Assembly (NCBI RefSeq): GCF_009914755.1
Contig: NC_060930.1
Reading direction: 5' to 3' (one strand)
Length of the DNA stretch: 64,000 nt
Source of the DNA: the human T2T-CHM13v2.0 reference genome, Homo sapiens
Made by a program: the position numbers and the translations under genes. Positions 1-14,409 of this stretch are shown here, piece by piece. Numbering within the stretch: the stretch's first letter is position 1; each line of letters starts with the position of its first letter. The notes under the pieces were generated by a model, which saw nothing but the letters and a program-made list of their open reading frames with translations, made no database searches and was not told the DNA's origin.

Positions 1-80
1 AGAGCAGCTCTGATTACACTGTGAGAAACTATAATTCAAGTTCTATGGTTCAATGTTGAGGTTTTTGCCAACTTCAATGA

Positions 81-438
<358 letters not shown>

Positions 439-1032
439 TGATATATGGATCACACTAGGGTGGAAAACTGAGCGGAACAAAGTTAAGCAAATGTTTTTGT
501 CTCAGAGCCCCTGGTGTGAAAATGTGCATTGGTAATCTCTAAGAACAGGGTATAGATGCTTCTTTACCCACATGCATTTTATCACACATATGTCTTGTTT
601 TTTGTTTGTTTGTTTGTTTTGCAGAGTGCCACAGGTGACTAATGTCCTAGAGGAAAATTAATGTGCTGCGTTAGAATCTTCCAATAGAAAGTACTGTATT
701 GACTGACTACATTCCCACTTGTGAGAGATAAAGAAACACACACTGAGATTCCTTTGTGATTTGTTCTTTTCTACCAGAAGCTATTAGCTTGAAACTATAG
801 CATAGTAATTGAGAAGAAATGTTTCCACTGTTGCTGGACATACTTATTCAGTGATTTTTAGTTAACAGAGATATAAATGCAAATTAAATTATTATATCAA
901 TCATACTTTTGCTTCAATCAATCCAGGAATCAGGAGCTTCCTCTTTTCCATAGCAGGCAGTATGACAGAATGATAGGGCAGGGTTGATGCTTCTGGAGAC
1001 CTTGTGATTGCAATGCCTGGAATATTTCGGGT

Positions 1033-1259
1033 CAGCGTTTTTCAGGCTGAGGACTGTTGACATTTTATGCTGGATAATTCTTTACTATTGGGGAGTGTCA
1101 GGTGCGTCCTGTACATTGTAGGATGTTTAGCAGCATGCCTGGACTCTACCCACTAGATGCCAGTAGCACCCACCTCCCATTTGTGGCAACCATAAGTATC
1201 TCTAGACCTTGCCAAATGTCACCTTGGAGACAAGATTGCTCCTGAGTTGAGAGCCACTG
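1033..1259 (-). mobile_element. MER20 (hAT-Charlie DNA transposon)
   Basis: Matches the reverse complement of MER20: ...aggatgtttagcagcatgcctggactctacccactagatgccagtagcacc...gttgagagccactg. Confidence 0.9.
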
Positions 1260-1479
1260 AATAAGGAGCAAGGTGGGTACTGCTGACCACGAGTGAGTTC
1301 ACCAAAGCAAGAGTTCAGTGTGGACTAGTGTCTAGGAGGAGGCTTTGTATGAAGAGGCTGGTTTGGATTAGTAGATTGAGGAAGGGAGAAATGCTAAGTG
1401 GGGGGAATAACATGAACACTGGCAGAGGGAAGGAAGGAAGAGTAGGTGTACTGGCTTTTTGGATATTAGCAGTAATAAC

Positions 1480-1650
1480 ATTGCTTATTCACTTATTATG
1501 TGCCAATTATGAGAATTAATCTAATCTTCCCGGGATAGATACTATTTATCTCAATTTGGTAGAAAAGGAAAATGAGGCTCAGTTGAACTAGATAGTATGC
1601 CTGAGTCTCACTGGTAGTAAGTGTTGGGGTTAGAGTTTGAAACCAGGTTT
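1480..1650 (-). mobile_element. MIR
   Basis: aaggaaaatgaggctcag...tttgaaaccagg core. Confidence 0.65.
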
Positions 1651-2131
1651 CTTTTAATTACAAGACTGTATTAAAATGATATGAATTTGAAAGAACATCA
1701 GGTAAGATTAAAGAATGTTAAATTGTAGACAGAAATGTCTGGACTTCAGGGGATGCCCTGCATAAAGTAACGGCAGAGTCTTCAGCAGAGGAGTGGTTTG
1801 GTGAAAAGGGCATATTGGATTCATCTCGCAGCATCAGCCGTGCAGAAGGGATGGGGAATTGATTGGAAGTGGGCTGAGATGATGTGGGGCTGAGCAAGCT
1901 ATAGTACAGGTGTGGAGGAGTGGGGCTTGGCATGGCTAGTGACGGCAGAATTTAATGGGCTTCACTCATATAGTACTGCCATCATTCAGCAGGCAAAATA
2001 CAAAGAGAAGGTAATTACTAGCTCTCAAGATGGCTACAAAAATAGATGGAGGAGCATACTGACATGAAATGAAGCTACGTAGCTAGGAGTACAGTGTTGA
2101 GTTGACATTACATATTATTGAAGAGTTTCAA

Positions 2132-2351
2132 CAGGTGTTGGCAAACTTTGTCTGTAAAGGGTCAGATAGTAAATATTTTAGGCTTTCACCATACGGTCTC
2201 TGTTGCAATGACTCTACTCTGCTGTTCTAGTGCAAATGCAGTGAGAAGCAGTGCATATGTAAATAAGAATGGCTGTGTTCCAGTAAAACTTTATTTATAA
2301 GGAGAGGCAGCAGGTCAGATTTGAACTGAAGGTCAGATTTGTGCACCCCTG
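2132..2351 (-). mobile_element. MER58A (hAT-Charlie)
   Basis: caggtgttggcaaacttt...ctgtaaagggtcagatagtaaatattttaggcttt...ggctgtgttccagtaaaactttattt...cacccctg; both TIRs visible. Confidence 0.9.
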
Positions 2352-2387
2352 GTGGACTCTCAAGTGTGACAGACAGAACAGGCACAG

Positions 2388-2580
2388 ACCCCAGATGTGC
2401 CACTTGCTAGTTGTGCGACCTTCTCAGACTAAGCCTCAGTTTCTGCATCTGTAAAATGGTGAATCTGATAGCATCCACGTTTAGAGTTGGTGGTAGGATT
2501 AAGTGAGATAATGTGAAGTGCTTGGCACTGACCCTAGCATATAGTAAGTGCTGAATAAATGGTGGCTTTTATTGTTATTG
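2388..2580 (+). mobile_element. MIR
   Basis: gcctcagtttctgcatctgtaaaatgg...ggattaagtgagataatg...tagtaagtgctgaataaat. Confidence 0.85.
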
Positions 2581-3328
2581 TGGTTACAAGTATTATTTTT
2601 ATACTCCTGGCCTTTTTTCCTTCTTTATTTTCATTGTATTAAACGCATTCACACTGAATTCATGCTTGTGAGTGCAACAGACGTTTTATTTGCACTTGTT
2701 TTCTCTAGATTTCTTGAGTTTGAAGGATAATAAGGAAAATATCTGTAGTTCCTACCAATGAGGATTGTTATAAGTATAAAATTCATGTGAAGAAACTTAC
2801 ACAGAGTTTCCTGTCACTTAGCACTCAATATATTATAGCTAACGGGGAGGAAGAGAAGATGTTGAAAAATAAAGTATTAAAATGCAGAACATAAAAAAAT
2901 TACTTAGAAGTCTTGTGGAATTTCAATTAAATAGGAAATCTGATGGGGGAGATTTTAGCATTCAGTGTACATAAACGGTTTAGTTTTTCACGTTTGGAAT
3001 CAATTAATTGCTTGGCTTTGTTAATTAGGGATTCCCTGAAGTAGAATCCATTGCTCATAAACTAGGAATGTTAAAGCCAGTCAAGGCATTTGCTTTTCAA
3101 AATGATCTGTTTGTATTATAGCTGAAACAAGATAAATCACACATGTGAAACAGCTGTCTGTTGGTACTGAAGAATAGTTTCTGTTCTACACCTTGAGAAT
3201 ACTCATTACAAACACTCATTCACGTGCTGAGACAATGATCATTCAGTAATGTATAGAAGAGGTGAAAGCAGAACTCACTCAACTAGGTCTAGTTTCTTTA
3301 GGATCATGTGTTCAGAGGATACAGACAG

Positions 3329-3556
3329 CAGGATTTATTAGCCTGAGCACTATTGACATTTTGGGCCAGATCATTCTTTACTATGGAAGACTGTCTGGTG
3401 CATTGCAGGATGTTCAGCAGTATCCTGGCCTCCACTCACTAGATGCCAGTAGCAGATGTCCCCCACCCCACCCCAGTGGTGACAATCAAAAATATTCCCA
3501 GATATTTGGCCAAATGTCTCATGGGAGGCAAGATTACCCCTGGTCCAGAACCACTG
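3329..3556 (-). mobile_element. MER20 (hAT-Charlie)
   Basis: actattgacattttgggccagat...cactagatgccagtagca...ccaaatgtc...agaaccactg. Confidence 0.9.
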
Positions 3557-5084
3557 ATGTAGATTGATGTTTAACAGTGCCTGGAGACATTATGTCCCAA
3601 CATATCCAAGCAATAATAACTTATTCATATTGGAATATATGCCTGATTTCTCAGGATAGTCTTAATTTTAGGTATTCTGCCCCACTGATCTAATGTAATT
3701 GGAACCCCATGTATTCTGATATTTTTTTCAATTTGAAAATAGAGTGACCATCCCTATGCAGTGTTTGTCTATTTTAGGACTTAGCTGGAATACTTAGTTG
3801 GAATATGTTTATTGTGCCACCATTCACTTTTAGACTTTGTGAATTTTGCTTAGACAAATAGTTGATGTACTTCATACTGGTTAGCAACATTGAATGTGGT
3901 TATATCCCAAGAGTGATGTAAGTCTACCACTAGTTTAATTGAAACGAATTCTATTAAAACTTTAAGATGAGGGGTGATACAATTTTTTGATCTGATTCTT
4001 CTCATATGAAAGCATGGTCATTGATTGTTTTTAGTAATATGCCACATTACATGTGGCTGGGAAGGGATGACTTTTTAGGTGCATGAGGGGGGTATTGTTC
4101 TACCTGTCTAGCAGGACACCTTTCCAGGTAAATTCTGGCACATTGGCTATATTCCCTGAAACAAGTTCATTTATTTTTAGGATGCATTTAATTTGTAAAA
4201 TAAGATTGACATTACTCATGTCTTTAAAACAAGTATTAAAAATTGCCACTTTTCTTTTTGACTCACCTTTGCCCAAGGAATACAATAGTAGTAAGAAAAA
4301 TGAAATCAAAGTTTGCATTTCTTACTGGATTGACACCAAGTGCTAAATGTAAATGTCTGTTTAACCTGTATTAAGATGGTCACTTACAGAGGATGTGGAG
4401 AAAGATGTCAGTATTTAAATTATCTTGAAAATATTTACAGTAAGAACATATGTAGTTTTCTGTATCACTATTCTGACCCTTATGGAATTTACTAGTGTAA
4501 TGAAACACCCAAATTTCAGCATCAGGAAAAGCAATTCTAGAATATAATATGTTACCTAATGCTGCAGAATAATTACCCATGGAGATATATTTCAGATATT
4601 ATATAGCCTGTGAATAATTTTGCCAACTCATTCCTTAGTCTATTCTATATTTACCATTTGTTAAAGAGACACATTATATACTGAATATCAGTACCTTGAA
4701 AAATAATTGTGGCCCATAGTATTTTAAATGTTGGCTATCCTAAAACGTTAAGTTCAGCTTATTTATTTTATTCAGAGTCTGTTTATATGTAATAATGTGC
4801 TTTTATTCTCTTCTCCACTTTATTTTATAGCATTTTACTGTAGCAGAAGACCTATATAAACAAATGACAAAGCATCTGTTAGCTTTGAGCCCTTAGTCCT
4901 TGTGAGGGCTCATGATTATGATTATGCAGTAGAATAAATCCTATTGTTGCTATGTTTACAGCAGTGTTTTCTAGATTCTTTTTATTTGTGCATACAGGAT
5001 ATCCCTGTGCCTTATATATTTATGCGATATTTACTTTGTCATAAAATTTTTATTGTTTGAGAATATGGAAGATGTTATGAAAGA

Positions 5085-5360
5085 TTTTTTTTTTTTTGAC
5101 ATGGGGTCTAGCTCTGTTGCCAGGCTGGAATGCAGTGGCACGAACATAGCTCACTGCAGCCTTGAACTCTGAGCTTAGGTGATCCTCCCGCCTCGGCCTC
5201 ACGAGGACTATAGGCATGCAACCACCATGCCCTGCCTAATTTTTATTTTTTATAGAGACAGGGTCTCACCATGTTACCCAGGTTGGTCTTGAACTCACAC
5301 AATCCACTCACCATGGCCTCCCAAAGTGCTGGGATTACCGGTATGAGCTACTGTGCCCAG
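5085..5360 (-). mobile_element. Alu (AluJ-type, internally deleted)
   Basis: Poly-T, catagctcactgcagccttgaactc...ggcctcccaaagtgctgggatta. Confidence 0.93.
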
Positions 5361-6472
5361 TGATATGAGAGATGTTTTGTTATTCTTTTATGTTGTTATT
5401 TTTAGTTTTGGTCAAAATTTCCCGTTAGAGGAAGTCTCGATTTTGTAAAATTAAAAAAAGTTCTGCCTCTATTTCTGAAAGTCGTAAAAATGAACGTGAC
5501 TTCTCTTTCCCCACTCTTATGATTTCATTGTTTTTCCAGAGTGCTAAGGCATTCATCCTAACTTGCAACTACATATATAAGGAGGCAACTCTAGGAAGAA
5601 TACGCCAGCCAGACCCCCCAAAATTAGGAATTACACAAAATTGCCTTTAAACTCTCTTATTTAAACTTTAGATTTTTAATGTCAACAAAATTCTTCTCAT
5701 TGCTTTTTGGCAGGGCTATGATTTGGAAGAATGAAATGAGACTATTTTCCCCTCTGTACCTGTTTCCAGCCCTAACCAAACTGTAGACATGCATCTGTTT
5801 GAAGTGACTTTTCATTTTCACTGTGCAATGACTGCATACACTTGTCATATTCTAGCTACCAGGTTATCATCATACTATTATACATGAGAGTATTACTGCC
5901 TGTTTTATGGACAAGTTGTCTTATATGGCCATGCTCTGTTAAAATGCACCATTATATCATTGATTCCTTCGGTAAACAGCCATACTTAGCAGTTATTGGC
6001 AATTAGATAAAGAAAAAAGAATTTAAGGCAACTGTATAATGCTGTTTATTTCAAGCCGTTTATCCTAGCTGGTCAGCCTGAGAACCAGAAAGGAAAATGC
6101 TATATACAGGATTGATTCAATCTGTCAGAATTTTGAAGCTTAATTCATGCAAACATGGCTGCTGGCATAAAAGTTGTTTCAACTTTTATAGTATGAACTA
6201 TTCTAGAAAAGAACTTTCTCAGTGCTATAAAGATAGAACTGACTTACTTTCTTCCTGTCCCATAGAGTGCCCTAAACAAAGAACTAGTTTATGACTTTTA
6301 ATAAAATTGTTCATACTTTACACCAAATATAATAAAGCAAAATGGTCCTAAGAAATAATTTTAAAACCTCCGTATGAACTTATCTTCAAGAAAATCTGAA
6401 ATTGTTGTCTTGTCTAAGCCAATAGATGAGTGTGTGTCCCACAATATTTTGAGTACTTGTGAAGGACAGGAC

Positions 6473-6778
6473 TTTTTCTTTTTTCTTTTTTTTTTTTGAG
6501 ACGGAATCTCGCTGTCGCCCATGCTTGGAGTGCAGTGGCGCGATCTCGGCTCACTGCAGGCTCCGCCCCCTGGGGTTCACGCCATTCTCCTGCCTCAGCC
6601 TCCCGAGTAGCTGGGACTACAGGCGCCCGCCACCACGCCTGGCTAATTTTTTGTATTTTTAGTAGAGACGGAGTTTCACCGTGTTAGCCAGGATGATCTC
6701 GATCTCCTGACCTCGTGATCCGCCCGCCTCGGCCTCCCAAAGTGCTGGGATTACAGGCGTGAGCCACCACGCCCGGCC
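6473..6778 (-). mobile_element. AluY
   Basis: CpG-rich; Y-type motifs ttcacgccattctcc, gtgttagccaggatg, tcgatctcctgacctcgtgatcc; TSD-like aggactttt at 6468 and 6779. Confidence 0.95.
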
Positions 6779-8619
6779 AGGACTTTTCTTTTTCTAATGC
6801 ACAAAGCTGCACACAGAGCAGATGCTCAATAAATGGTTGTTGAATTAAATTCATAAAACGCAGTTTGTTGGAGAAACCTTTTGTTAAAGTACTTAATATA
6901 GATTTTTCCCCTCCAAACCACTTCCTCTCATATTTTATCTTGGAGGTTCAGTTATTACTCTCTTAGAGAGCTGAGAAAGAGCTCAAGATGAAAAGCTACT
7001 GTTTCTCCCCCAGTGGACATGTGGCTGAGTTCTGCAGATAATTAAAAGAAAAATTCCTGTTACTGGTATTAGGGTTGGGGCTGGGTTGTTATCTGAGTGT
7101 TATAGAGAGGACTTGTTTGCCAGACTTAAATTTTCTGACTATGGCTTCTATATTTGCAAATAAAGATTTCCTTAGCCTGCCTCGTCTTCCTGAATTGAAT
7201 CTTTCTTGAACCAGCTCAATCCTGTAGATGCAACTAATTTTTATAAGTATCAAAGTGAACAATTGTATTTGCATTTGAGGCAGTATAAATGGCACACAGA
7301 AAAAGTCCTTTTCTGGTAGTGAAAAGCCAGGAAATAGATAAATTACTTTCAATGTTTCTTGAAGGATAGTTCAACAAATATCAAATGCTGTTAGAAGACC
7401 TATGAAAATATTGACTTCATGTTGTCTAATTTCTTTCTGCTTAGTGGATCTACACCAGATCTCAGGCAATTTCTATTTAAATAAATGCCTTAAAGCCTTC
7501 AAAGTATTCATGGGGTGTTTGCTTTGTGCCTGGCATGATAATATTGTGAATGTATTTGAGTTACTCTTGGCTTTGTTAGTCAATTTAGCTATAAGATTAA
7601 AACCCAAATTATTTTATATTCCCTAGACAAAAATTAATCATAGATATGTCTTATTACACCAGCTAATGGGCTCTGTTGTTATTAATCTATAAATACTTCC
7701 ATTTTTCATTAGACTGCCATTTTCACATAAATTAAATCCTAACAGATAAAAATGAATTTGGCATCCAATTAAGCCTGAACTTATTTTATTATATACCCTC
7801 CTCTCAGAATCTCCTTATTCCCCCCTCCCATTTTTTAGGTAGGGGTTTATCTTTTCAAAATATAAATATTCCAGAAAAGTTCTATATGATTTTTTTTTAA
7901 ACCTAACAACCCATTTTACTGCATTGTTCTAGTTTCTGTTTAAATAATTCCTACAACCTTATTTTAAAATGCAAGCAATTCTCTAGGTAAAAATAAAACT
8001 AGTGGAATGTCAAGGCAAAATTTATTATACTTAAAGTATTATTTTATGATGAATTATAATACTAATATTTGCTGGGCACTTAACCATGTCCACGAACTGT
8101 GTTCAGTATTTAAGTACATTATCTTTTGAAATACAAGAGCCCTATGAAGAAACTATTATTATTCTCATTGTAAAGTGACAAAATTTGCCTTAGGTCATGG
8201 GACTCATGACTCTCCATGCTGAAGCCATGCTTTTACATGCTGCATTGCACATACGTCAGTGATAGCCTTGGGGAGGAAAGGTCACATTCAAGGTCATCAG
8301 TCATTCCTTTATGCCCTGCACATTCAACCACAACTTCCACTAAGTACCATCTGTAGATTTGTTAGGCTTAAACACAAACGTAATATTTATATTACAATGA
8401 TGATATATACTTTTCATATAGCTAATATTAGTGCCTACCACATGCTAACTCCATTGCTAAATGTTTACATATATTCATTTCGCATAGCAATTTAAGAGAT
8501 AGGTTCTCATATTTTCTCTATTATACAAAGGTGGCTACTGAGGCTTAGCATATGGCTAGTCGCTGACAGTGATGGGATTAAATCCACCCCCGCATTCCAA
8601 AAAAAAAAAGACTGAAGAA

Positions 8620-8950
8620 AAGAAAATTATAGAGAAGCTTAAAATTGTCTATAACTTTATCACCCAAATAGAACCACTGTCAGCTGAGTTTCTTCTTCCA
8701 AATCCTATCCCTATGCATAAATAGATATGAAGATAGGCAAGTAAGCCATTCTTGTAGAAAAATAGAATTATACATAATATTTGGCAAAACTAAGCAACAA
8801 ACTATAGCAATTTTTCATGTCAATAATGAGAGCTGTTTATAATTTTTAATGGCTGCATAGACACGCATTAAATGGTTGTTCATTTAATCAATCTGTCATG
8901 GTTGAACATAGGGGTCATTATCTTTTTACAGTATTAAATACAAATAGAGC
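8620..8950 (-). mobile_element. Old L1M (L1ME-like) 3' fragment
   Basis: tttttaatggctgcatag...atttaatcaatc...gttgaacat motifs. Confidence 0.55.
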
Positions 8951-9447
8951 TTAAGTTGTGATGTCACTCTTCAATAATATGTCAAATATGACCAAAATTA
9001 GCAAATCCTCTTGTGGCATATGGGACAAACTCATGTGAAAAGCCAATGGTCACCTTGAAACAACAGCCTCAGTTCAAACTCGAGATAAACTTACAACCAA
9101 GACAAATTTCTAAGGAAACGTGGTAGCCTCTAATCTTACCCTGTCATGCGAGAAAATTCTCCACATGGTATTTCTTACCTGTGGTTTGGAGGTAGATGCT
9201 GTCTCTTATTCCACAGCCCTACCTCCAGCCATGGCTCTGCCTGTAAGTAAATAAAGGATAAATCTTAACTACAGTGGTTTGTCCTAACCATGAATATTCC
9301 AGGAGATGGGAAATATACATACTGAAACCAGAGCCTATCCTTTCTCTGAGAAACATTCATTCATTTATCCATTCAAAAAATAATCACTGGTTACTTCCTA
9401 TGTGTCATAAACGGTCCTTGCCCTCCATAGCAAACATGGAGGGTAGG

Positions 9448-9935
9448 GTCATATCAATTAGGATGATTTTGGCTGCTGTCACAGAAGTTCTCCTGCATCT
9501 TGGCCCAAAAAGTAAGGTCATTTATTATCTTATATAGCAAATGTATCAATGAGGCAGGCTCCAGGCCTGATTACCCCATGATTCTCTGCTCTGCCCACCT
9601 TTGCTTCAGGACTCTATCCTCAGGCCAGTTGCAAGGTGGCTACAATAGTTCAGGCCTCACATCCTGACACCATAGTGATCAGAGGCAGAAGTAGGACTTA
9701 GAGATACAGAATAGGTATCTCTCTCTAAGTGTGAGAAAGCCATTCTTAGAAGCCTCACTACCTACAGGCACCCCCCCAAACTCCCCATTAACCTACCTGT
9801 TAACCAATCCCTAACCAGAGATCCACCCACTAGAGCTTGGGTGGGATCAACCTCTAGGAAGCTCATGGTCTGGTGAAGAAGCTAAGTGTTGGAGCACAGT
9901 CTGGGTTATATTAAAAAGGAAGATGGACAGATAAG
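9448..9935 (-). mobile_element. MLT1 LTR (MLT1J-like, ERVL-MaLR)
   Basis: caattaggatgattttggctgc...ttgcaaggtggctacaatagttcaggcctcacatcc pattern. Confidence 0.6.
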
Positions 9936-9959
9936 GGTGCAGCATTGTCTTTTACAGAG

Positions 9960-10850
9960 GAAACTAGCATGCATCAGTGACTGGCTAATTAATTAGCCAG
10001 GCAGACCGAATGGCCTTGAGGCAGAAATGATGGGTTTCTTGTGTTTGAAGACTAGAGTGAGGAGTAGAATTGGAGCCAGTGAGTGATTGGAGATGGGACA
10101 GAACATGTCCTTCTAAGCTGATGGGCAGACTCCAGGGCGTTAAGAGCAAGGAGGACCCATTGGGGGATTCATAGAGGAACCATGGCATGCTTTGATTCAT
10201 CTTTAGAAGAGATGTTCCTGGCTGCTGTGTGGAAGACTTGAGGGCAAGTAACAAAAGTCAGAACACAGAAACTGATGATATGGATAACTGGTCTACATGA
10301 AGAGAGAAGTGGGAAGAGTTGGCAAATAGTTAAGAGTTACCTTTGACCAGTTTTGATGATGAGTTAGAGCTGGTGGCCATAAGGGAAAAGGTGGTATCAA
10401 GGACAACTCGTTGGTTTCTCTCTGAGCAATTACATCACTGGCATTGCCATTACTGAAGAATGATCCAGTTAAGGGTAAGAATAACTCACTTTAGATAAAG
10501 TGAAGATGAGGTGCCTATGAAATGTTATTTGGAGATGCAGAGTCATGATGAGACTAGTAGTAATTCAGATATTTTTCCAAATATTATTTTGTATGAAATA
10601 ATATAATTCTCACAATAACCCATGAAGCAGATGCTGTTATTATCCCCATATTTCAGATGTGGTAACTTAAGACCCAGAGAAGTTAAAAACTTGGCTGGTG
10701 TTACACAGCTAGTAAGAACTGTGTCAATGAGAAGAGCCTTCTGGGCTGGAAATATAAATTTAAAAATATTAAGATTATCAATGGTAGTTAGAGCCATAGG
10801 TACAAATGAAATGGTCTAGGGAGAACTGAACCATGGGAAATTCCATAATT
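9960..10850 (-). mobile_element. L2 fragment with a nested MIR (about 10590-10745)
   Basis: Purine-rich L2 motifs (ctggctgctgtgtggaaga, gaggtgcctatga) interrupted by cccatatttcagatgtggtaacttaagacccagagaagttaa. Confidence 0.7.
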
Positions 10851-11127
10851 TAACTCAAAGCCTGAGAGGTACAAAAGTACTCTAGAGGAAGAGGAAAGGG
10901 AGGAAGCCTCCCTGGGGATCAGCTACTTTTGCATGAGTGTTCAAGTGTTTAAAAAAAAAAAAAAAAAAAGGAAGGACTTGGCTCCTTTACAAACTAAAAA
11001 GCAGCTTATAAAAGGTTCTGAAATTCTGCCAGAGACAGAGTGTGAAATATGGACATGCATGTTAGCACTTGATGTTCTGCCACTTACAAACTATAGAGTT
11101 TGTATAAAGTCAGGCAAGTTACTTCTT

Positions 11128-11608
11128 TGCATTAGGATTAGGTTCAGCTGCATAAAACCAACTTAAAATAGTAATAACTAACATAAGATAGGGATGAATT
11201 TTTCTCTCATATAAAAGAAGCACAGAGGCGGTCAGTTTAAGGCTGCTATGTCTGATGGCTCCAGAAAGTTCTTAAAGACCAAGATGCCTCCTAGCTTACA
11301 ACTCCATTATTACTATGAAGTGGCCCTTGTCCTCACAGTGCCTGCCATGTTCCAGTCATCACTTCTCTGATCTAGAAAACTGGATGAAGGGAAAAGCAAA
11401 CCAAAGAAATGGCATATCTCTTATCTTTAAGCAGATTTCCAAGAAGTCACTTGGAACACTTTAGTTCATATCTCATTGGTAAAAGCTATAATAGGCCACA
11501 CCTACCCTCAGAGGAGGCTGGGAAACATTCTTTTAGTAGGGCAAAAAATCAAGATGTATTCACTAAATAGAAGAATGGATTTGGCAGGCGGCCAGTTTTC
11601 TCTGCCAT
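11128..11608 (-). mobile_element. MLT1J-like LTR
   Basis: ttaggattaggttcagctgcat...atctcattgg...ggccacacctacc...ggaggctgggaaa...tctctgcca. Confidence 0.7.
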
Positions 11609-13797
11609 TGTCAATTTGCTCTTTTGTAAAATAAGATTTAAAATATTCACTTCACCTTTCTTATTGGTTTGTTGTAGGGATCAAATGATATAATAACTAG
11701 GCAAGTGTTTGATAAATGATAGAACACTATTCAGATAGTTGCTGTGAGGATGACCATTTACTCCTCTTGCACACAGTAATCACTTAAATATGTTTTCAGT
11801 GAGAAAACCTTCAAAAATATTTTCTATTTGTAGGGTCTAAAGCAGGAAATGTGGATTGATAAGAGAGAATTTTTTTCTGCAAATCTTGCATTTCAGTGAC
11901 AAAGCCTTTCTTTGCCTTCAGAATCAATTTCAGGACAGCCAAGATTGATATTTGATTAGCTCTGCAGTAAAGTTCCCATCAATAATTGCCTACTCTCTGC
12001 TGAACTCAGGCACTCTCCTGAGTTTTTCTGGTAGATAAAGTAGAAGAATTATTTGTGGGGATTGCAGCTCATGTCATTAACCCACCTGGTCCTCACAATT
12101 CTGACTTGCAACATAACAAGGATGCCAGACCAAGGTCCCTTGTGGTGACTGTTTTTAAGAGAATGGCTCTTTAATTCAGAAACCAATTGAAATGATCATT
12201 AAGAAACAGAATGCAAAGATAGCAGGGCACTCTGGAAACTGTAGCTACTTATTGTGCGTAGAGATTCCCAGGCATGGATAAAAGTAAATGAAGTTTCTTT
12301 TCCTATTAAAATAAATCTGGGGTAGTCAGGAATTATCTGTGAATACTGATAATCTTTTTAACTTTTGAGCTTGACCCCAGAAACAGATGATGCTTTTGCA
12401 TTAAATAATGACCTTTAAGATTATTTCACCACACAGGGCAGTTTCTATTATCTTTCATTATATACATGCTTTATATGTTAATTCCTCTAAAAATAAGATA
12501 ATGTTTTCCTTTGCACAGTACTTTGCATCTTAGGATTTTAAAGAGCAGAAATTTCCTCTTCTCTTTCTTCAAAATCCCTACCCTCATAATTTGAGATGTA
12601 TGTACACTAAATGCTTAACTATTTTTTGCCACATCAATACATCATAACCTCCTGCACTCATGGGCCTTAGTATTTCCCAAAAGGTCCTGAAGGGCAGGGC
12701 TGAGAGCAGGACCCTTGACATCAGCCTATTTCTCTATTTCTCTATTTCTTGTGCCTGCCCTTTTTTCTTTCCTTGACCTGTTGCCTTATAATTTAATGCT
12801 TAAATTTTGGAAAGGGAAAAAGGAACAAGCACAAATAGAGCTAATTTAGTTAAGATGAGTTTCATTATGTGTCCTAAAGGAAAACTAAAAAGATACTATA
12901 TACATTAAAAAACCATATTGCAAGTAATGCAGGAAAACATATTTGACAGATGATAAGCCCAAATTGTAGCCAACAATTCAACTTGGGGAAAATTCCCACT
13001 GAGATCTGGTGTGGCTTGGTTAGTTTCATTGATGAGTCTTATTGGATAGTCATTAGCTGCTCTTTCACTTACCCTCCAGCTGAGACACAGGACCCTGCCC
13101 ACCAGCCACCACCCTCGTGTGAGATTCAAGTAAAATCAAGAGTGTATACAGACTGAAACGGTTATAAGCAATCAACACTCTAAATTTGGAGTCAGGAAAT
13201 CTTTAATGAGCACCCACAAAATGCCACTTATTATACTAGAGTTTCCATGTATTAATATAATGGTTGTATATGCAATCAGAGAGCTAGATATTGCTATTCC
13301 CATTTTTTGTAGTTAAGGAAATGTAGTTTTGAGAGGCCGATTAACTTGCCTGTGGTTACACAGCAAGTCATGATTAAATGCACTTAAACCTGATGTTCAA
13401 AGTCCCAATTCTAGGCTCTGAGGTCATTATATCCAGACATTTGGAAGAAAGAACTTAAGGAAAATAATAATTTAAAAATAAACACTAAATCAAATGTGAA
13501 TTCAGAGCTTCCTATGTGGCAAAATTAACAGGTGACTTTCTCTGTTGAGACCTCTTTAAAAATTTAACATCTTTCATGCAGAAGAATAATAAAAAGTCCC
13601 CAAAGGAATTAACAGGACAAAAATAATACGACATTTACCTCTGAAAAAAGACTAATGGAAGTCAATTTCTGTGTTCTGAGACAAGGAAAATTAAGAATTC
13701 CTTGTGAAAGTCTTGACAAAGATATGAGCAGGGTTCCTTACTTTCTGAGTAATAATCAAAACAAGTCCAAGTTAGAGCCACTGGTGGTAATTAAAAT

Positions 13798-13801
<4 letters not shown>

Positions 13802-13844
<43 letters not shown>
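13802..13844. repeat. (AC)~21 microsatellite
   Basis: Read directly. Confidence 0.98.
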
Positions 13845-13847
<3 letters not shown>

Positions 13848-14409
13848 GAGAAGAATGTTTTAGCAAGGATCAACACCCTTGCAAAAATACTCACTTCAGC
13901 AGTACTATTTGGATTTCACCTCGTCACTAAACAAATGATAAATGGCACTGAAAAACTCACCTGGGAGGTAATGGGAGCTACATAAGGAAACAGGGTAATG
14001 TCATCAGAGAGAGAAAATGAGAAATCTGAGCTTAAAAGGAAGTAGACTCAAGAAGTGATTCTCAAATGGAATGTAAAGTTTCATCAGGTTCTCTATCATC
14101 CTACACTTAATAGGTAACAGAGTGGCTGTTATCATGAGATTTTGGAATGAGTTCAAGAGAGAAAAAATGTCCAGGAGTGTATTAACCTTGACAGTATTAA
14201 TGGAGGGAAAGATTTTGCAAAGGTTGAATCAAAAAGCCTGCACTGCCTGGTCTTGAGCATCCTCAAACCATCCACAGGAAAAGATGTGTGATGATACGTC
14301 TCTAGACTCAGTCCTGGACCACGGCAACTTTGTGTGAGTTGCCACATTCTAGGCAAATCCCTTGACTCCTCTGTGTCTCGGTTCCTTTAACTATAGAATG
14401 GTACAAAAC

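Noticed and set aside
12487-12496. MEF2-like site as the known PHACTR1 coronary-disease variant site
   Set aside because: Such AT-rich decamers occur by chance (another at about 58535 inside L1), and I cannot place that variant in this window.
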